Origin: a virus
Lineage: Duplodnaviria > Caudoviricetes
IMG/VR virus record: IMGVR_UViG_3300037312_000330
Coordinates: 1 to 64,000 of that record
DNA: 64,000 nt
Strand: one strand, 5' to 3'
Each line of letters begins with the position of its first letter. Position 1 is the first letter of the stretch. The notes below the pieces were generated by a model. It was not told the DNA's origin and did no database searches. It saw nothing but the letters and a program-made list of their open reading frames with translations. Positions 35,469 through 46,156 of this stretch are shown piece after piece. Made by a program: the position numbers and the translations under genes.

Positions 35469-37682
35469 TCAGGTAGCCAGTTGATGATACGAGTTGCCGA
35501 AGCTAAACGACTTGGAAGTCGGATCACCTTCTTTATAGGTGATCGAATCCCGCATCACTTGTGGATACGCCCAAATGTATTGTTGTGCGATGCCATACGA
35601 AGCATTCGCCAGTGTGTTCTGGAAAATCCGAACCCAGATCTGTTCGATTGTGTCAGCAGGAAGCGTTGGTGTCGTAGTCGCAAAACCTGCCAGATACTGC
35701 ACCTTGTGAGGTGGGTATCCAAGAGTGTTCAGCGGATATGTCATTGCTGTTGGCAAATCTGTTTGATCATTGTCGATGATCCAGTCGTATGCTTCCGTCT
35801 GGAAGAAGTCGAAGTTCGGCGCCTTATAGTACGCCACCGGGAGGTTCACCTGCTCCATGTATCCGTTACCGATAATCGTCGGCAAGAACGGAAGAACAGA
35901 GAATTGAGCGCTTGGCAGCGAACGTTGAACATACGTGCGGATGCCGCTCACGGCCTTCCCCAACGTGGTTTGCAGGAACGACATCCACTGATCGTATGGT
36001 GTTCCAGTGCTTGCCACTCCTACTGTTCCCATATCCGGAGCTGTCAGACCAGGATAAGCAGCAGCAAACGCCGCTGTGGTAGCCGAGTCATAGAAACAGG
36101 GTTTATTCGTACCTGGATTTGTCCACCACCATGGCTCACCAACCTGCATGTAGATCGGCACACCAGCGATAGATGCATTGACAGCAAACTCCAAGAACAC
36201 GCCTTGTAGATACGACATCGCTGTCGCATTGCCAGGACTCAGAAGATAGGTCGGTGTTGCATACGCAGTTGCACCCAAGTTTCCGTTGTAATCACGTTGG
36301 CACCATGACAAGTTGGCGTTCACGCTGTATTGCTCGAACGACACAGACTGGATGACTGCGAATCCTTTTGACCACGCTTGCTGCAAGAAGCTAGTATGCC
36401 AAGCCTTCGCAGCACTGTTCACCAATCCGTTTGCAGAACCTGGATTGTTGACCACCAGTCGTGCACTTCCGTTGTCCCACGTGCGTTCAGGATAAGTAGA
36501 CACTCCACAGTAGTGGTTGATCCAGTTCCTGTATCCGAGTTGGTAGATGTTGCTGATCACACGTTCTGGGCTCACATCGTACATATCGTCGTACGAGGTG
36601 CACATCGCCAGACTATGTGCATAGATATTGCCCACACCACAATTCACTACAGCGTTTGTGCCGCTCGTGATGTTGTTAGTGATGGACATCCACGCAGTTA
36701 CTGGACCTCCGGCAATCGGATTGGTGCTCGATCCGTTGTAGTTGTTGGTGATGCACGAGATGAAGATGCTGTCCACATCGCCAACGTACATCGTTTGGTC
36801 GGCGTTGAAACCGGCCTTGACGGTGTTGAAGTCGATGCTGATGTGCGACGATCTCGATGCCGGTGCAGTAGCGTAGTTCTTCAGAGCAACGAAATACGTT
36901 ACCGGACTACCGCCAGCATCACGACCCGTTACTGTCATCGTCAGACTGCGAGCTGGATCATTGATAAGCGGAGCTGTATCGCTAACCGCTATATCAAATT
37001 GCCATACCATGTTTCGGTAGTCTTTATTCGTCGAGTATGCAAGACTTACGTGATCTTTTGTGTCTACCGAATTCCAGGTTAAACCGCACAGATCGGATTC
37101 CATGCGTGCCACATAATCCACACGCATTGTGTTGAACGCAGTGGTCAACGCAAAGGACATGGACTGTGGCCCGTTGACTGTGAAGTACTTCGGCGTCATC
37201 CGGCTGATGACCTGCGTACTGAAATCTACTGTCGGAGCATCTGCAACTCCATCCACTGTGCCAAGACCAAGCGCCGTAATGTTGACTGCCGTATGGAGGG
37301 CTTGAGCGTCTGCAAGCTGTACCAGACTTTCATACGTCATCGGACTGCTGATGGAGACCGTTGACTGATTGTTCTGATCTGTCGCTGTAATCTTCAGCGT
37401 GATGTCCACAAACTCATCTGGCACCATGTAGGAGTAGAACGGTCCTGTTTCTCCAGGAAGGTCAACTCCGTCAGCTTGCCATTGGTACGCCAATGTGAGA
37501 GCAGTTCCACCCCACCAACGACCTGCGAACCCGTAGAGCACATTACCCAGACCCGCTAGACCATAGATCTGTGGTGGGTACATGCACACCGGAGGACCGG
37601 GAGGCAAGGGTGGAAACAACAGTGGATGCTTCACCGCTTTCGACGGTTCGATCAGTGGTAGGAGTTTGTGAAGCAGGTTCAT
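35469..37682 (-). CDS. virion protein with N-terminal Ig-like segment and glycoside-hydrolase-like TIM barrel ('non-contractile tail sheath' / GTA TIM-barrel-like)
   Basis: YQWQADGVDLPGETG Ig-like segment, ESDLCGLTWNSVD, YDDMY, INHYCG, MQVGEPWWW, and DFFQTEAYDW. Confidence 0.6.
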   Translation of the reverse strand: MNLLHKLLPLIEPSKAVKHPLLFPPLPPGPPVCMYPPQIYGLAGLGNVLYGFAGRWWGGTALTLAYQWQADGVDLPGETGPFYSYMVPDEFVDITLKITATDQNNQSTVSISSPMTYESLVQLADAQALHTAVNITALGLGTVDGVADAPTVDFSTQVISRMTPKYFTVNGPQSMSFALTTAFNTMRVDYVARMESDLCGLTWNSVDTKDHVSLAYSTNKDYRNMVWQFDIAVSDTAPLINDPARSLTMTVTGRDAGGSPVTYFVALKNYATAPASRSSHISIDFNTVKAGFNADQTMYVGDVDSIFISCITNNYNGSSTNPIAGGPVTAWMSITNNITSGTNAVVNCGVGNIYAHSLAMCTSYDDMYDVSPERVISNIYQLGYRNWINHYCGVSTYPERTWDNGSARLVVNNPGSANGLVNSAAKAWHTSFLQQAWSKGFAVIQSVSFEQYSVNANLSWCQRDYNGNLGATAYATPTYLLSPGNATAMSYLQGVFLEFAVNASIAGVPIYMQVGEPWWWTNPGTNKPCFYDSATTAAFAAAYPGLTAPDMGTVGVASTGTPYDQWMSFLQTTLGKAVSGIRTYVQRSLPSAQFSVLPFLPTIIGNGYMEQVNLPVAYYKAPNFDFFQTEAYDWIIDNDQTDLPTAMTYPLNTLGYPPHKVQYLAGFATTTPTLPADTIEQIWVRIFQNTLANASYGIAQQYIWAYPQVMRDSITYKEGDPTSKSFSFGNSYHQLAT

Positions 37683-37690
37683 GCTGTTCT

Positions 37691-38269
37691 CTAGTTCTCG
37701 ATGAACACACGTTCTCGAGATCGTTGAGTCCGTTTGGAAAGATCACCAGCACGCCATGCTAGGCGAGCCAGTATCGAAATGCGATTTTCTGTCGAGACTG
37801 ATTCTCTACGCGCAGGTTTGGCTGTCTTCATATAGCCATCCGAACCAAGAACCAGAACCCCCACACGCTTTGGAATACGTGCCTTGAGTTCTGGATTGTC
37901 ATGGATCTTGCGCGCCACTTCTTTGGTGAAAGCCAGATACACACGATCTGCATACGGTAGATATTCAGTCCACTTGTTGTCGGTCCGGAAGTCAGCAACA
38001 GAGCTCTTGACCTCGATTAGGACTAAGTCTCCGCCAATCTTGTTGCCAATGACATCAGCTCTGCGACGGCCCCATTTGAGGATGCCGAGTTCTGTTGTCA
38101 TCGAGTAGCCGTACTTGAAGAACATGAAACTCACAGCCTTCTTCAAGGCTTCTGCAGTCTGTGCACGCGGACTGGTGTTCCTACTGTTCTTCAGTTCGGC
38201 AATGGGTCGTTGCTTCTTCTTCCGGAACCGACGTTTCATCTTAATGGCCTTCTTCTTCGCAACGTTCAC
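37691..38269 (-). CDS. mmcB: MmcB-like PD-(D/E)xK nuclease
   Basis: RRADVIG...LVLIEVKSSVADFRTDNKWTEYLPYADRVYLA. Confidence 0.75.
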   Translation of the reverse strand: MNVAKKKAIKMKRRFRKKKQRPIAELKNSRNTSPRAQTAEALKKAVSFMFFKYGYSMTTELGILKWGRRRADVIGNKIGGDLVLIEVKSSVADFRTDNKWTEYLPYADRVYLAFTKEVARKIHDNPELKARIPKRVGVLVLGSDGYMKTAKPARRESVSTENRISILARLAWRAGDLSKRTQRSRERVFIEN

Positions 38270-38648
38270 GCGGTCGTTCTACAGTCGGTGCGAGCCTCCC
38301 GGACCAAGCATCTATCAGCTTGTCGGCTACCTTCTGACCGGACCAGATACCCATGAACGCAATGTAGTATCCTAGTTCCACCTTGCCGTCTTGCGAGTGC
38401 ATCACCATATACATGAGAACCCACGAAGCAACGCCGCCGCAGATGAGATTCATCATGCGGGCTACGCTAGCCTTGCCAGTCTCGTCTAGGAACAGATCCG
38501 CAAAGTCAAACTTGTTGTCCTTGTTTCTCTGTATCTGTACGAGCACGTATACGAAGAGAACCATCATGCCGATCAGCAGAAGAGCCGGCAGATCAATGGT
38601 GGTCTTCAACCAGACGAAGAAGATATCAACATATTGTGTGACGTTCAT
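38241..38648 (-). CDS. multi-pass membrane protein (holin-like)
   Basis: Three TM helices and a DFADLFLDETGKAS loop motif. Confidence 0.55.
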   Translation of the reverse strand: MNVTQYVDIFFVWLKTTIDLPALLLIGMMVLFVYVLVQIQRNKDNKFDFADLFLDETGKASVARMMNLICGGVASWVLMYMVMHSQDGKVELGYYIAFMGIWSGQKVADKLIDAWSGRLAPTVERPRERCEEEGH

Positions 38649-38649
38649 C

Positions 38650-38976
38650 TTATGTCCATTTGTGTGCCAGCCAGCCTGCTGGCGTGTTGATCACTTCTAT
38701 CACTGTGATTGCATTGGCAGCCAAGTTCATGCCGGCGCTTCCTATGAATGTGACCTTGCCGTTCCAATTGACATCGTGCCCACCCACTCCGTCCTGCACA
38801 AACACCAACTTGCCAGTTAGTCCAGTTGGATATCCAGGGATGAAGCCTCCGAATGTGATGCTTGCTATCATCAGCATGTACGTCATCGGTGGCTCACCGT
38901 TCGTGCCAATCACGTATCCATCAGTGAGCGTCGTTACTGCGTTGGCATTCCAGCCCTTGCTACGAATTCCTAGCAT
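38650..38976 (-). CDS. small fibre-associated beta-sandwich protein
   Basis: LVFVQDGVGGHDVNW motif of a type seen in tail-fibre modules. Confidence 0.55.
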   Translation of the reverse strand: MLGIRSKGWNANAVTTLTDGYVIGTNGEPPMTYMLMIASITFGGFIPGYPTGLTGKLVFVQDGVGGHDVNWNGKVTFIGSAGMNLAANAITVIEVINTPAGWLAHKWT

Positions 38977-38986
38977 CTAGTTCTCC

Positions 38987-41872
38987 TTATGGCAGATTAC
39001 GCGCCGCTGTGACAACAGCACGAGCAGACGCAGACACCTGCTGATAGCCAGAGTTCACGTCGTTGCGCGAATTGACAACGAAGTGGACTTTGTCTGTATT
39101 GCCAGTTGTTCCTACTGCCAGACTAAGTGTCATATTGCTAGCCAGAATAGAGCCAACTTCATCAGCTTCGAAGTAGATGATGTTGACAACTCCGGCAACA
39201 TTCTTCAAAGCAGCACGGAAGGACCACTGCTTGCACCCAGACGGATAGTTGACTACTACCTCACCACTCATCAGCCACGCTTCGCCGTTCGGCACAACCA
39301 TGCGGTTCGTGTTGCTCAGAGCCTGACCATCTGTGGTCAGGGCCAGCGTCGCGCCGTTCCCGTAAGTGCCAGTGGCAATCTCGAAGTTGATACCGGGTTT
39401 GCCGCTGACGTTCGTTGTCGAGTTCGGTTTGTAGACTACGTTGCTCTGTGCTGGCGGTGTGAAATTTGTCACCCCTGCCATGTGAACGTACTTGCCGCCA
39501 CTGATTGTCACCGTATCGGAGCCAACCACAGTCACGTGATCAGATCCGTTGTTTACCGTAATTCCGTTAGAACCTTCTACAACTGTGTTCGTAGCACTGA
39601 GCGTTACGTTCGAGCTTCCATTTACGGCACAGTAGCTGTTGTCTGAATAGATGCTCTTGGAGGCTACGATCATTGTGAACGAACCGTAAACTGAACAGAG
39701 CTGAGAGCTGTGTATCAGATTGAACGACGGCGTCGTTGTGCTCGTTGCCCATGTGGGTGTCTTAACCAGAGAACGATCAGAGTTCTCGATAGTGCAGAAC
39801 TGCGGAACCCACGTGGATTGTGAGTCATCTGGAATAATGACGTTCGAGTATCCACCAAGGATGTTGCAATAGGTTGCCGCAACTCGGTTAGTCACACCGC
39901 CAAAGATGGTAGAGTAGTTACCACCACATAGGTTGTACGCACCACCGACCGCAGCACCTGTCTGTCCAGAAGCAGAGTTCTGGAAGCCGATAGTCGTTGC
40001 ACCGAAGCCGCTACGGAAGATCCGGTTGTTATTGGTTGGGGTATCGAAGTAGTTCAGGTACACTGTCGCATCGTTCACTGCGCCGGTTCCACCCGAGTGC
40101 GTATGGCGATAGAACGTTGTAGACAGAGTCGGAATCGAGTCGAACAGGTTAGTGTTCGTCAGCGTTATGCTCTGGCTGTTTCCTCCGGCATTAGTCGAGA
40201 AGATCAGTCCATAACCATTGAGCGTCAGACTGGCAATCGTACTGCTTCCAAGTGCTGTATTCAGTTGCGAGTTGAATGCAGCCATCAACGAGCTGTATGT
40301 CTGTGCAGCAGAACCAAGAATGGCGATGCTGAAACTGATCCCATTGACAGTTCCGGCACAGGTATACGATGTCGTATTGTTCGCAAGACCTGTTGCTGAT
40401 CCAGCAGAAGGACCATCCCGCAGCGGAACCAGAATGAAAGCTGGTGCATCCCACGCTACTGTTGTTCCAGTCAGCGATCCATTCCAGAGCTTGACTCCAC
40501 CACTCGGTGTTGTCGCTAGAGGCGAACTGACCAGAGTAGCAGTTGGGCCTTGCAGCGTCCCTACAGGATCAAACATTGGCACAAAGTTCGGCAGCGAGTT
40601 TGTCCCACCGTTTGCCACGAACTTGAGCGACATATTTCCATTGAACGGAGGCTGATCGTCTACCGTTGCCAGGAAGTCCCATGTGCCAACTCCAGTACGC
40701 ACAATTGCGAACGTGCCTGTTCCAGTCGTGAACGTCAGCATATTAGCTGGAACGATCGTGTTCCCGCCAGCTACCTGGATAGTAGGTGCGCTGTTGATGT
40801 ACCGGAACATGATCATGCCACCAACAGGGAACGTGCTGAATCCTGTATCGTTGACCGTGATCGTTGGTGTCGCGTGTGTCAGTTGGATGTATGCATCATC
40901 ATCCGCATCCAACGTGGTATACGTGCTGGCAGAAATCTGCTTGAAGGTCTTGAACTTCGGAAACGATACACGATCGTGTTCCGCTTGCGTCAGGTGATAC
41001 TGTTCGCTAGTTCCGTTTCCACCCTGAACGCCAGCCAGCGAGCTGTGAGAACCAGTGAAGCTAGATCCGGTAACCGGACCAAGGATCACATATTGATCAC
41101 CAATTGCTGGAAGAGACAGCAGAGTAGTTCCCCACTGGACTGTTCCGTTAGTGATGTTAGATAGTCTGCGGCAGATGCCACGTTGAGAACCGCTAGTGAA
41201 CTGGATCACCAGATCGGCCGCTACACCGTTGTATCCGGTGGCTGTGACTTCAGCAGCCGAAGCACCGCCAGAACTGATACCTGTGAGCGATCCAGAGAAC
41301 CAGACTCTCGGTTTGGCGCTCAACGACCAACGACCGCTGGTATCCGAATACGCAAGGTACGCAGAATTGTAGTCGCCGTCACCGTAGATAACATAGGCGT
41401 TGTTCGTGTCGAACGCCGGCGGAATCAGCAGGTCTACCGTCTGGATGCGCGGAAAGAAATTCCGTGTGGCGCTAGAGCTGAACTGCCAGCTAACCAAAGC
41501 CAGTGTCGAGGCAGTATCCAAGAACAGATCGAAGCGATAATCTGGACCACCTGTGACGCTCGCTTTGGTGATCAGATTTGTCGCTACGCCTACACCCAGA
41601 AGAGTTGCTCCGTTATAGAGAGCTACTTCGCCAAACTGGAACTGAGCGACAGAATTCGCTACGATGGTTGTGACACGCATCGTGTTGGCATCCACAGCGA
41701 CCGGATTGGCCGTCAGTGTACTGCCAGAGTAGACTACGCTGCCTTGGAGTCCAGTCGGGTTAGACGCCAGTGTATAGTTGGAACCAGAGCCGAAATCGAT
41801 TCTGGTCACAACGGACAGCAGTGCGTTCGCAGTGAAATACGAACGACCAGCAGTTGTGAGCTGGAATAGCAT
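38987..41872 (-). CDS. baseplate-attached tail fibre (961 aa)
   Basis: N-terminal tail-collar/DUF3751-like domain (LTTAGR...FQFGEVALY), LAGVQGG...EQYHLTQ, and GG..STI.GG..N beta-helical repeats. Confidence 0.75.
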   Translation of the reverse strand: MLFQLTTAGRSYFTANALLSVVTRIDFGSGSNYTLASNPTGLQGSVVYSGSTLTANPVAVDANTMRVTTIVANSVAQFQFGEVALYNGATLLGVGVATNLITKASVTGGPDYRFDLFLDTASTLALVSWQFSSSATRNFFPRIQTVDLLIPPAFDTNNAYVIYGDGDYNSAYLAYSDTSGRWSLSAKPRVWFSGSLTGISSGGASAAEVTATGYNGVAADLVIQFTSGSQRGICRRLSNITNGTVQWGTTLLSLPAIGDQYVILGPVTGSSFTGSHSSLAGVQGGNGTSEQYHLTQAEHDRVSFPKFKTFKQISASTYTTLDADDDAYIQLTHATPTITVNDTGFSTFPVGGMIMFRYINSAPTIQVAGGNTIVPANMLTFTTGTGTFAIVRTGVGTWDFLATVDDQPPFNGNMSLKFVANGGTNSLPNFVPMFDPVGTLQGPTATLVSSPLATTPSGGVKLWNGSLTGTTVAWDAPAFILVPLRDGPSAGSATGLANNTTSYTCAGTVNGISFSIAILGSAAQTYSSLMAAFNSQLNTALGSSTIASLTLNGYGLIFSTNAGGNSQSITLTNTNLFDSIPTLSTTFYRHTHSGGTGAVNDATVYLNYFDTPTNNNRIFRSGFGATTIGFQNSASGQTGAAVGGAYNLCGGNYSTIFGGVTNRVAATYCNILGGYSNVIIPDDSQSTWVPQFCTIENSDRSLVKTPTWATSTTTPSFNLIHSSQLCSVYGSFTMIVASKSIYSDNSYCAVNGSSNVTLSATNTVVEGSNGITVNNGSDHVTVVGSDTVTISGGKYVHMAGVTNFTPPAQSNVVYKPNSTTNVSGKPGINFEIATGTYGNGATLALTTDGQALSNTNRMVVPNGEAWLMSGEVVVNYPSGCKQWSFRAALKNVAGVVNIIYFEADEVGSILASNMTLSLAVGTTGNTDKVHFVVNSRNDVNSGYQQVSASARAVVTAARNLP

Positions 41873-41880
41873 GTCAGTCC

Positions 41881-43656
41881 TTAGAACGTAGAAGTGCCGA
41901 GCTGAGTTCCTGTCGGATACGCAAACGCAGGGTTGTTGATCAGAGTTGTTACTGGCCTACGCGCGGACACCGCGATGCTCATAGTCCCTGGATCAGGGGT
42001 AGAGTACGGAGAACCCGAGAACGCAAATGTCATGAATATATTGTAACCGCCGACGCCATCGAGTTGTGCCTGGACTGTCAGTGTCAATGTTGCGGACAGC
42101 GTACCATCCACACGACTTGCTTGATAGATCTGGGACTTGGTGGTTGTCAAGTTCGCCAGACCGATAGACGTTCCAGTTCCAAAAGTATTGGAACTGTAGG
42201 TGGTGCCACGGTCAATAACAATCGATCCGATTTGGTTGTATAGAGTCTGCCAAGCAGCGAAGAACGTCGTTTGATTACCAGACGTTGGCGTAATGGTAAT
42301 CATCGCGCCGGCGTTAGCAATACCCTTCCGCGTGTTCTCGTTCGGCTGCTTGAGATTGAAATCGTATTCTATGCTCGATAGCCAAGGGAGAGTGCGACTG
42401 CGCGCACATGAGCTGATAACCGAGGACTCGAGATATGCTACGTTGACCGTGTTTCGCGTGCCATCCAGATTGGTTTCGATGTTGTTATAGATGTTGTCGA
42501 ACTCACGATTCGTCAGATACAGACCAGTCGTGTTCTGGTTGGCAGTATGGACAATCCAGTCACTATCAAGCACCGCACTGATCTGCGTTGTCGTGTAGTT
42601 CTGCAATGTCATCAGCTTGCGAAGACTAGAAGACAGCAGCGTCCAATCGGCGAGAGTAGGGCGATTTGTCAGCGTTGGAATAGCAACCTGATTGATACCC
42701 GCATTTGTCGTACTATACGCACCACTTGGTGTCGACCAAAATCTATTGAAGTCAGCAGCCAGCTTGTTATAGTCGGCCATCGATGCGATCGGGATGTCAG
42801 CAGTTCCGGCTGTGGCTTCGTCTTCCCAGATCGTTACTTCACCAGTCGGCGTATAGGACAACGCTGGAGACCACGTGACGTTTGTCACTCCTGTCTGGCT
42901 CACTACTTTGCGAATATCTCCAGTGGAGAACTTGATCAGATAACGACTGACTGTCTGTGGCAGATTCAGATATACCGATCCTAGGCCAGTGTGCGTGAGC
43001 GTGCTGTTCGTCGCACTAGCTCCGGAATCGGTTGTAAAGCCATCGAAGATCTTCTTATAGCCGATGCATGCCCAAGCATAGTCCGAATCGCGAACCACCA
43101 GAACAGAATCACCGCTGACATTGGATTCGTGAACGATAGCCGCATTTGCTCCGTTCAATTGATTGACCGGAGCACTAAGACTGGTCCACGCTGGGACTTC
43201 CAGCATTGCCATCGGCTGACTGACAGTCACTTGCACGACGGCTGTTGCCTGTGCGAGCTTCAGTCGGCTGTGGATGCGATATCGGTTGCCTGCTTGGTTA
43301 CCTATTGCTCGGATCTTCTGCTGTAGCGTGTCGAACACGCAAATCGCCAGCATCGTATTGGTATCGTCGTAGAGTGAGATTTCACCAAAGTTGAAATCAC
43401 CAATACTGATATCCATTGTCAGCACCACATCCACTGTGTCGGCAATTCCATCGCCGTCGCTGTCGACCAGTGTATAGGTGCTGGGCGTACCCGTGTACAG
43501 AGTCGAGCCCGTCATCGACGCTTGACTACGAGACGGAGCATATCCGAAACCGGAGCCGATGCGGAAACTATTGAATGTGATATACGGACCACCTGGAGCA
43601 GCTACAGAACGTGCAGCCAGTCCAGCATCGGTCCACAGAAAGCCACTGTTGGACAT
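41881..43656 (-). CDS. baseplate wedge / tail-fibre attachment protein (591 aa)
   Basis: N-terminal TDAGLAA...FNFGEISLYD (DUF3751-like). Follows the baseplate genes. Confidence 0.7.
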   Translation of the reverse strand: MSNSGFLWTDAGLAARSVAAPGGPYITFNSFRIGSGFGYAPSRSQASMTGSTLYTGTPSTYTLVDSDGDGIADTVDVVLTMDISIGDFNFGEISLYDDTNTMLAICVFDTLQQKIRAIGNQAGNRYRIHSRLKLAQATAVVQVTVSQPMAMLEVPAWTSLSAPVNQLNGANAAIVHESNVSGDSVLVVRDSDYAWACIGYKKIFDGFTTDSGASATNSTLTHTGLGSVYLNLPQTVSRYLIKFSTGDIRKVVSQTGVTNVTWSPALSYTPTGEVTIWEDEATAGTADIPIASMADYNKLAADFNRFWSTPSGAYSTTNAGINQVAIPTLTNRPTLADWTLLSSSLRKLMTLQNYTTTQISAVLDSDWIVHTANQNTTGLYLTNREFDNIYNNIETNLDGTRNTVNVAYLESSVISSCARSRTLPWLSSIEYDFNLKQPNENTRKGIANAGAMITITPTSGNQTTFFAAWQTLYNQIGSIVIDRGTTYSSNTFGTGTSIGLANLTTTKSQIYQASRVDGTLSATLTLTVQAQLDGVGGYNIFMTFAFSGSPYSTPDPGTMSIAVSARRPVTTLINNPAFAYPTGTQLGTSTF

Positions 43657-43676
43657 AGATTCCTCTTTGTATTGCT

Positions 43677-43685
43677 ATCAAATTA
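43677..43685 (-). promoter_or_regulatory. candidate late-promoter motif (CGC)TAATTTGAT
   Basis: Intergenic, 20 nt upstream of the ATG at 43656, just before an AGAGG RBS. Confidence 0.5.
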
Positions 43686-43697
43686 GCGGCTGCCCGC

Positions 43698-44429
43698 TCA
43701 CAGACTGTCGATGTTCATGTCGATGTCAATCAGGGGATACGTGACAACAATTGGGGCGTTCTGTGGATCGTCTACCGTGTGAACGTACAGATTTCCTTCC
43801 ATGGTGATCGATTCCAACACCAGATTAAAGTTGGCTACTGTGTAGAACAGATTCACCAACTTCGTCATCTGTGGGGCGCTGAATTTGAACGGGTCAAATA
43901 CCACACGAACGTGAGTAGTCGGAAACCACGTTCCGCCTCCCCATACTGGCGTTCCTATTCCAGGATCGCCCTCTTCCAGGAATGTACCGTATGTGTTCCA
44001 TGCACCAGCGTCAGCCGAGTTGGACCACAGATTTACAATCGAAACCACACCCTCCACGACGAAACCAAGGAAGTCGACAAAATTCGGTTTGCCTTTCGAG
44101 TACCAGAACAACGCGATGTTGCGGACAATGCGTTGATAGTCTTCACTGGTGATCAGGTCGGTCTGCTGAAAATCGAAACCAAGCTGTTTTGCCTGCTTGA
44201 TCAGGATCTCTTTTTCCGGCAGTTCGAAATCACTAGTGGACAGAAGTTGCCCACTGTTCACCTTGTCGATAGCGTCTGACGTTAGGATCCACAGGAATCG
44301 TAGTTGCGCCAGCCATTGAGTAGGATTATCGACAGCGTTCTCGAAAACCGTGTCGATGATGGTAATCAGATCCTGCCATACTGGCACCTCCGACATATAC
44401 GGAGGCAAGAGTACAGAACGGTCTTTCAT
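43698..44429 (-). CDS. baseplate wedge protein (P2 gpI / T4 gp7-like)
   Basis: Follows the J-like gene. Contains KQLGFDF...WYSKG...FVDFLG. Confidence 0.65.
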   Translation of the reverse strand: MKDRSVLLPPYMSEVPVWQDLITIIDTVFENAVDNPTQWLAQLRFLWILTSDAIDKVNSGQLLSTSDFELPEKEILIKQAKQLGFDFQQTDLITSEDYQRIVRNIALFWYSKGKPNFVDFLGFVVEGVVSIVNLWSNSADAGAWNTYGTFLEEGDPGIGTPVWGGGTWFPTTHVRVVFDPFKFSAPQMTKLVNLFYTVANFNLVLESITMEGNLYVHTVDDPQNAPIVVTYPLIDIDMNIDSL

Positions 44430-44440
44430 GTTGTTTCCAA

Positions 44441-46156
44441 TCAGCTACGCAGATTGCGGTTCGTGTATTGCATCGTCAGATTTGTCGCCACCAGAGTTGG
44501 ATAGTAAGCGGCAATCGTACTTTCTACCGGCACTGGAGGTGCCGGAGTTGTGCTTCCAGTGTCGGTGTACGACAAGAATCCAGTTCCACCCGCATGCAAG
44601 AAACCTAGCGTTGGTCCAGTCTGACGTCCCCACACTCCATACGATGCAGCGTTGGGCACAGCCTGCCACGACAATTGCACTGCGCTGTTCGGTGCTGTGG
44701 TCGTAATCGAAGCCCAATTAGCAGGAGCAGACGAGCCACCAAACGACGATGTGACGTTCACAGAATAGTCGTATGTTCCTACAGGGAGTGTTCCACCGCC
44801 AAGCACTTCGGTCAGTACTGGAGCACCCACGCCCAATGTGGACAGCGCCAGATCAACATTCGGACTAGTAAGCTGTACGAATTCGACGTTCGAATCAGCT
44901 TCTTTGATCGTTGTGATGATGTCCGACAGGTAGATGTCGAGGCCGAGCGAACCTTGACGCAAAGCAAACAGATTGTCCAGTGCCGTTTGAATGTTCGCCT
45001 GTACGTTCGTCAGATTCGAGAACGTCTTGCAACTAACAGTAGCTGTCACTGTCACATTGATGGGACTTGGATCGCTGCGCGAGAATCGAGTGCTATACAT
45101 GGTACTAGCCTCAAACCACGCGAAGAAGTTATCCCAATCTGCCGATGTCCATGTGCTAGATGTCAGAAGCGACACCTTCATCACATTCATCCATGTGAGT
45201 GCATATGGGTTGATCTCACGTTGCGACAGCACACGCGCATCGATCACTCCGGGATATTGAAGTGGGAGTGCCTTGTATTGATTGGCAGTTACGGCAGCAT
45301 CGAACGAGCCGAATAGCGCCGGTGTCACGTTCTTATAAATGATAGGATCTGGTTCGTTTCCGCCGCCAACTGCGCTTACTGTCGGAATACCGTTGATGCT
45401 CGTATTGCCATCCTGAACGATGTTCTGATTGGCAGTTACGATGTTATTGCCGTCCTGGCCAAGAGTTACGACGTATGTGACGGTCACCAGATCGTTAGTA
45501 CCCGGCAGTGAACCGTAGACGTCATTGCCGAACATAAGGATCATCGATCCGTCTGGCAATGTAAACTGTTGTGCTCCCGGTTGGCCCTTCTTAGTCCATA
45601 GACCTTGCGAGATCGCCGGGACCGAGATGTTGTTAATCGTTACCAGGACGTCAGTATCACTTACCGTGAAGTCCTTCTCGGCGCTGACGAAAGCCTGATA
45701 GCTGGTGCCGAGTCCATATACGCTCTTGACCTGCACTTCACCTTGATAAAGTGTGACTTGAGTAGGACTAGTTGTCAAACTGAGAGCACTACGGTTGAAC
45801 CACTTGGTTCCAGCACCTACGAATTGTGTGTACGCAGGAATTACCACAGGACCATTGCTGCTGGTCATGTTGAAGGTCAGAGAGGCTGGGCTCTTCCGGC
45901 TGATTCGCACTCCAGCATAATTCGCGGCAGCGTACAGACTGTCAGCATTCTTGGCGCTGTCAGGGAACGCTTCCTGATACGAACTCTCAATGGCATATTG
46001 AGCATACGCACCAATGGCAGCGACCATCTCGACGTTGGTCTGACCCATCGAGCTAGTGATGCGGTCCTTCCAAGTGCCCGGGAACGCCGCGGCAGCAGCT
46101 TGTAGCTGAGAAACCAGCGAATCGAAGTCCGGCGCGACGTTAGATAGTTGGATCAT
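44441..46156 (-). CDS. baseplate wedge protein (P2 gpJ / T4 gp6-like) with FN3-like insertion
   Basis: PDFDSL..QL, AVTANQYKAL...PGVIDARV, plus an FN3-like module near the C-terminus. Confidence 0.8.
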   Translation of the reverse strand: MIQLSNVAPDFDSLVSQLQAAAAAFPGTWKDRITSSMGQTNVEMVAAIGAYAQYAIESSYQEAFPDSAKNADSLYAAANYAGVRISRKSPASLTFNMTSSNGPVVIPAYTQFVGAGTKWFNRSALSLTTSPTQVTLYQGEVQVKSVYGLGTSYQAFVSAEKDFTVSDTDVLVTINNISVPAISQGLWTKKGQPGAQQFTLPDGSMILMFGNDVYGSLPGTNDLVTVTYVVTLGQDGNNIVTANQNIVQDGNTSINGIPTVSAVGGGNEPDPIIYKNVTPALFGSFDAAVTANQYKALPLQYPGVIDARVLSQREINPYALTWMNVMKVSLLTSSTWTSADWDNFFAWFEASTMYSTRFSRSDPSPINVTVTATVSCKTFSNLTNVQANIQTALDNLFALRQGSLGLDIYLSDIITTIKEADSNVEFVQLTSPNVDLALSTLGVGAPVLTEVLGGGTLPVGTYDYSVNVTSSFGGSSAPANWASITTTAPNSAVQLSWQAVPNAASYGVWGRQTGPTLGFLHAGGTGFLSYTDTGSTTPAPPVPVESTIAAYYPTLVATNLTMQYTNRNLRS

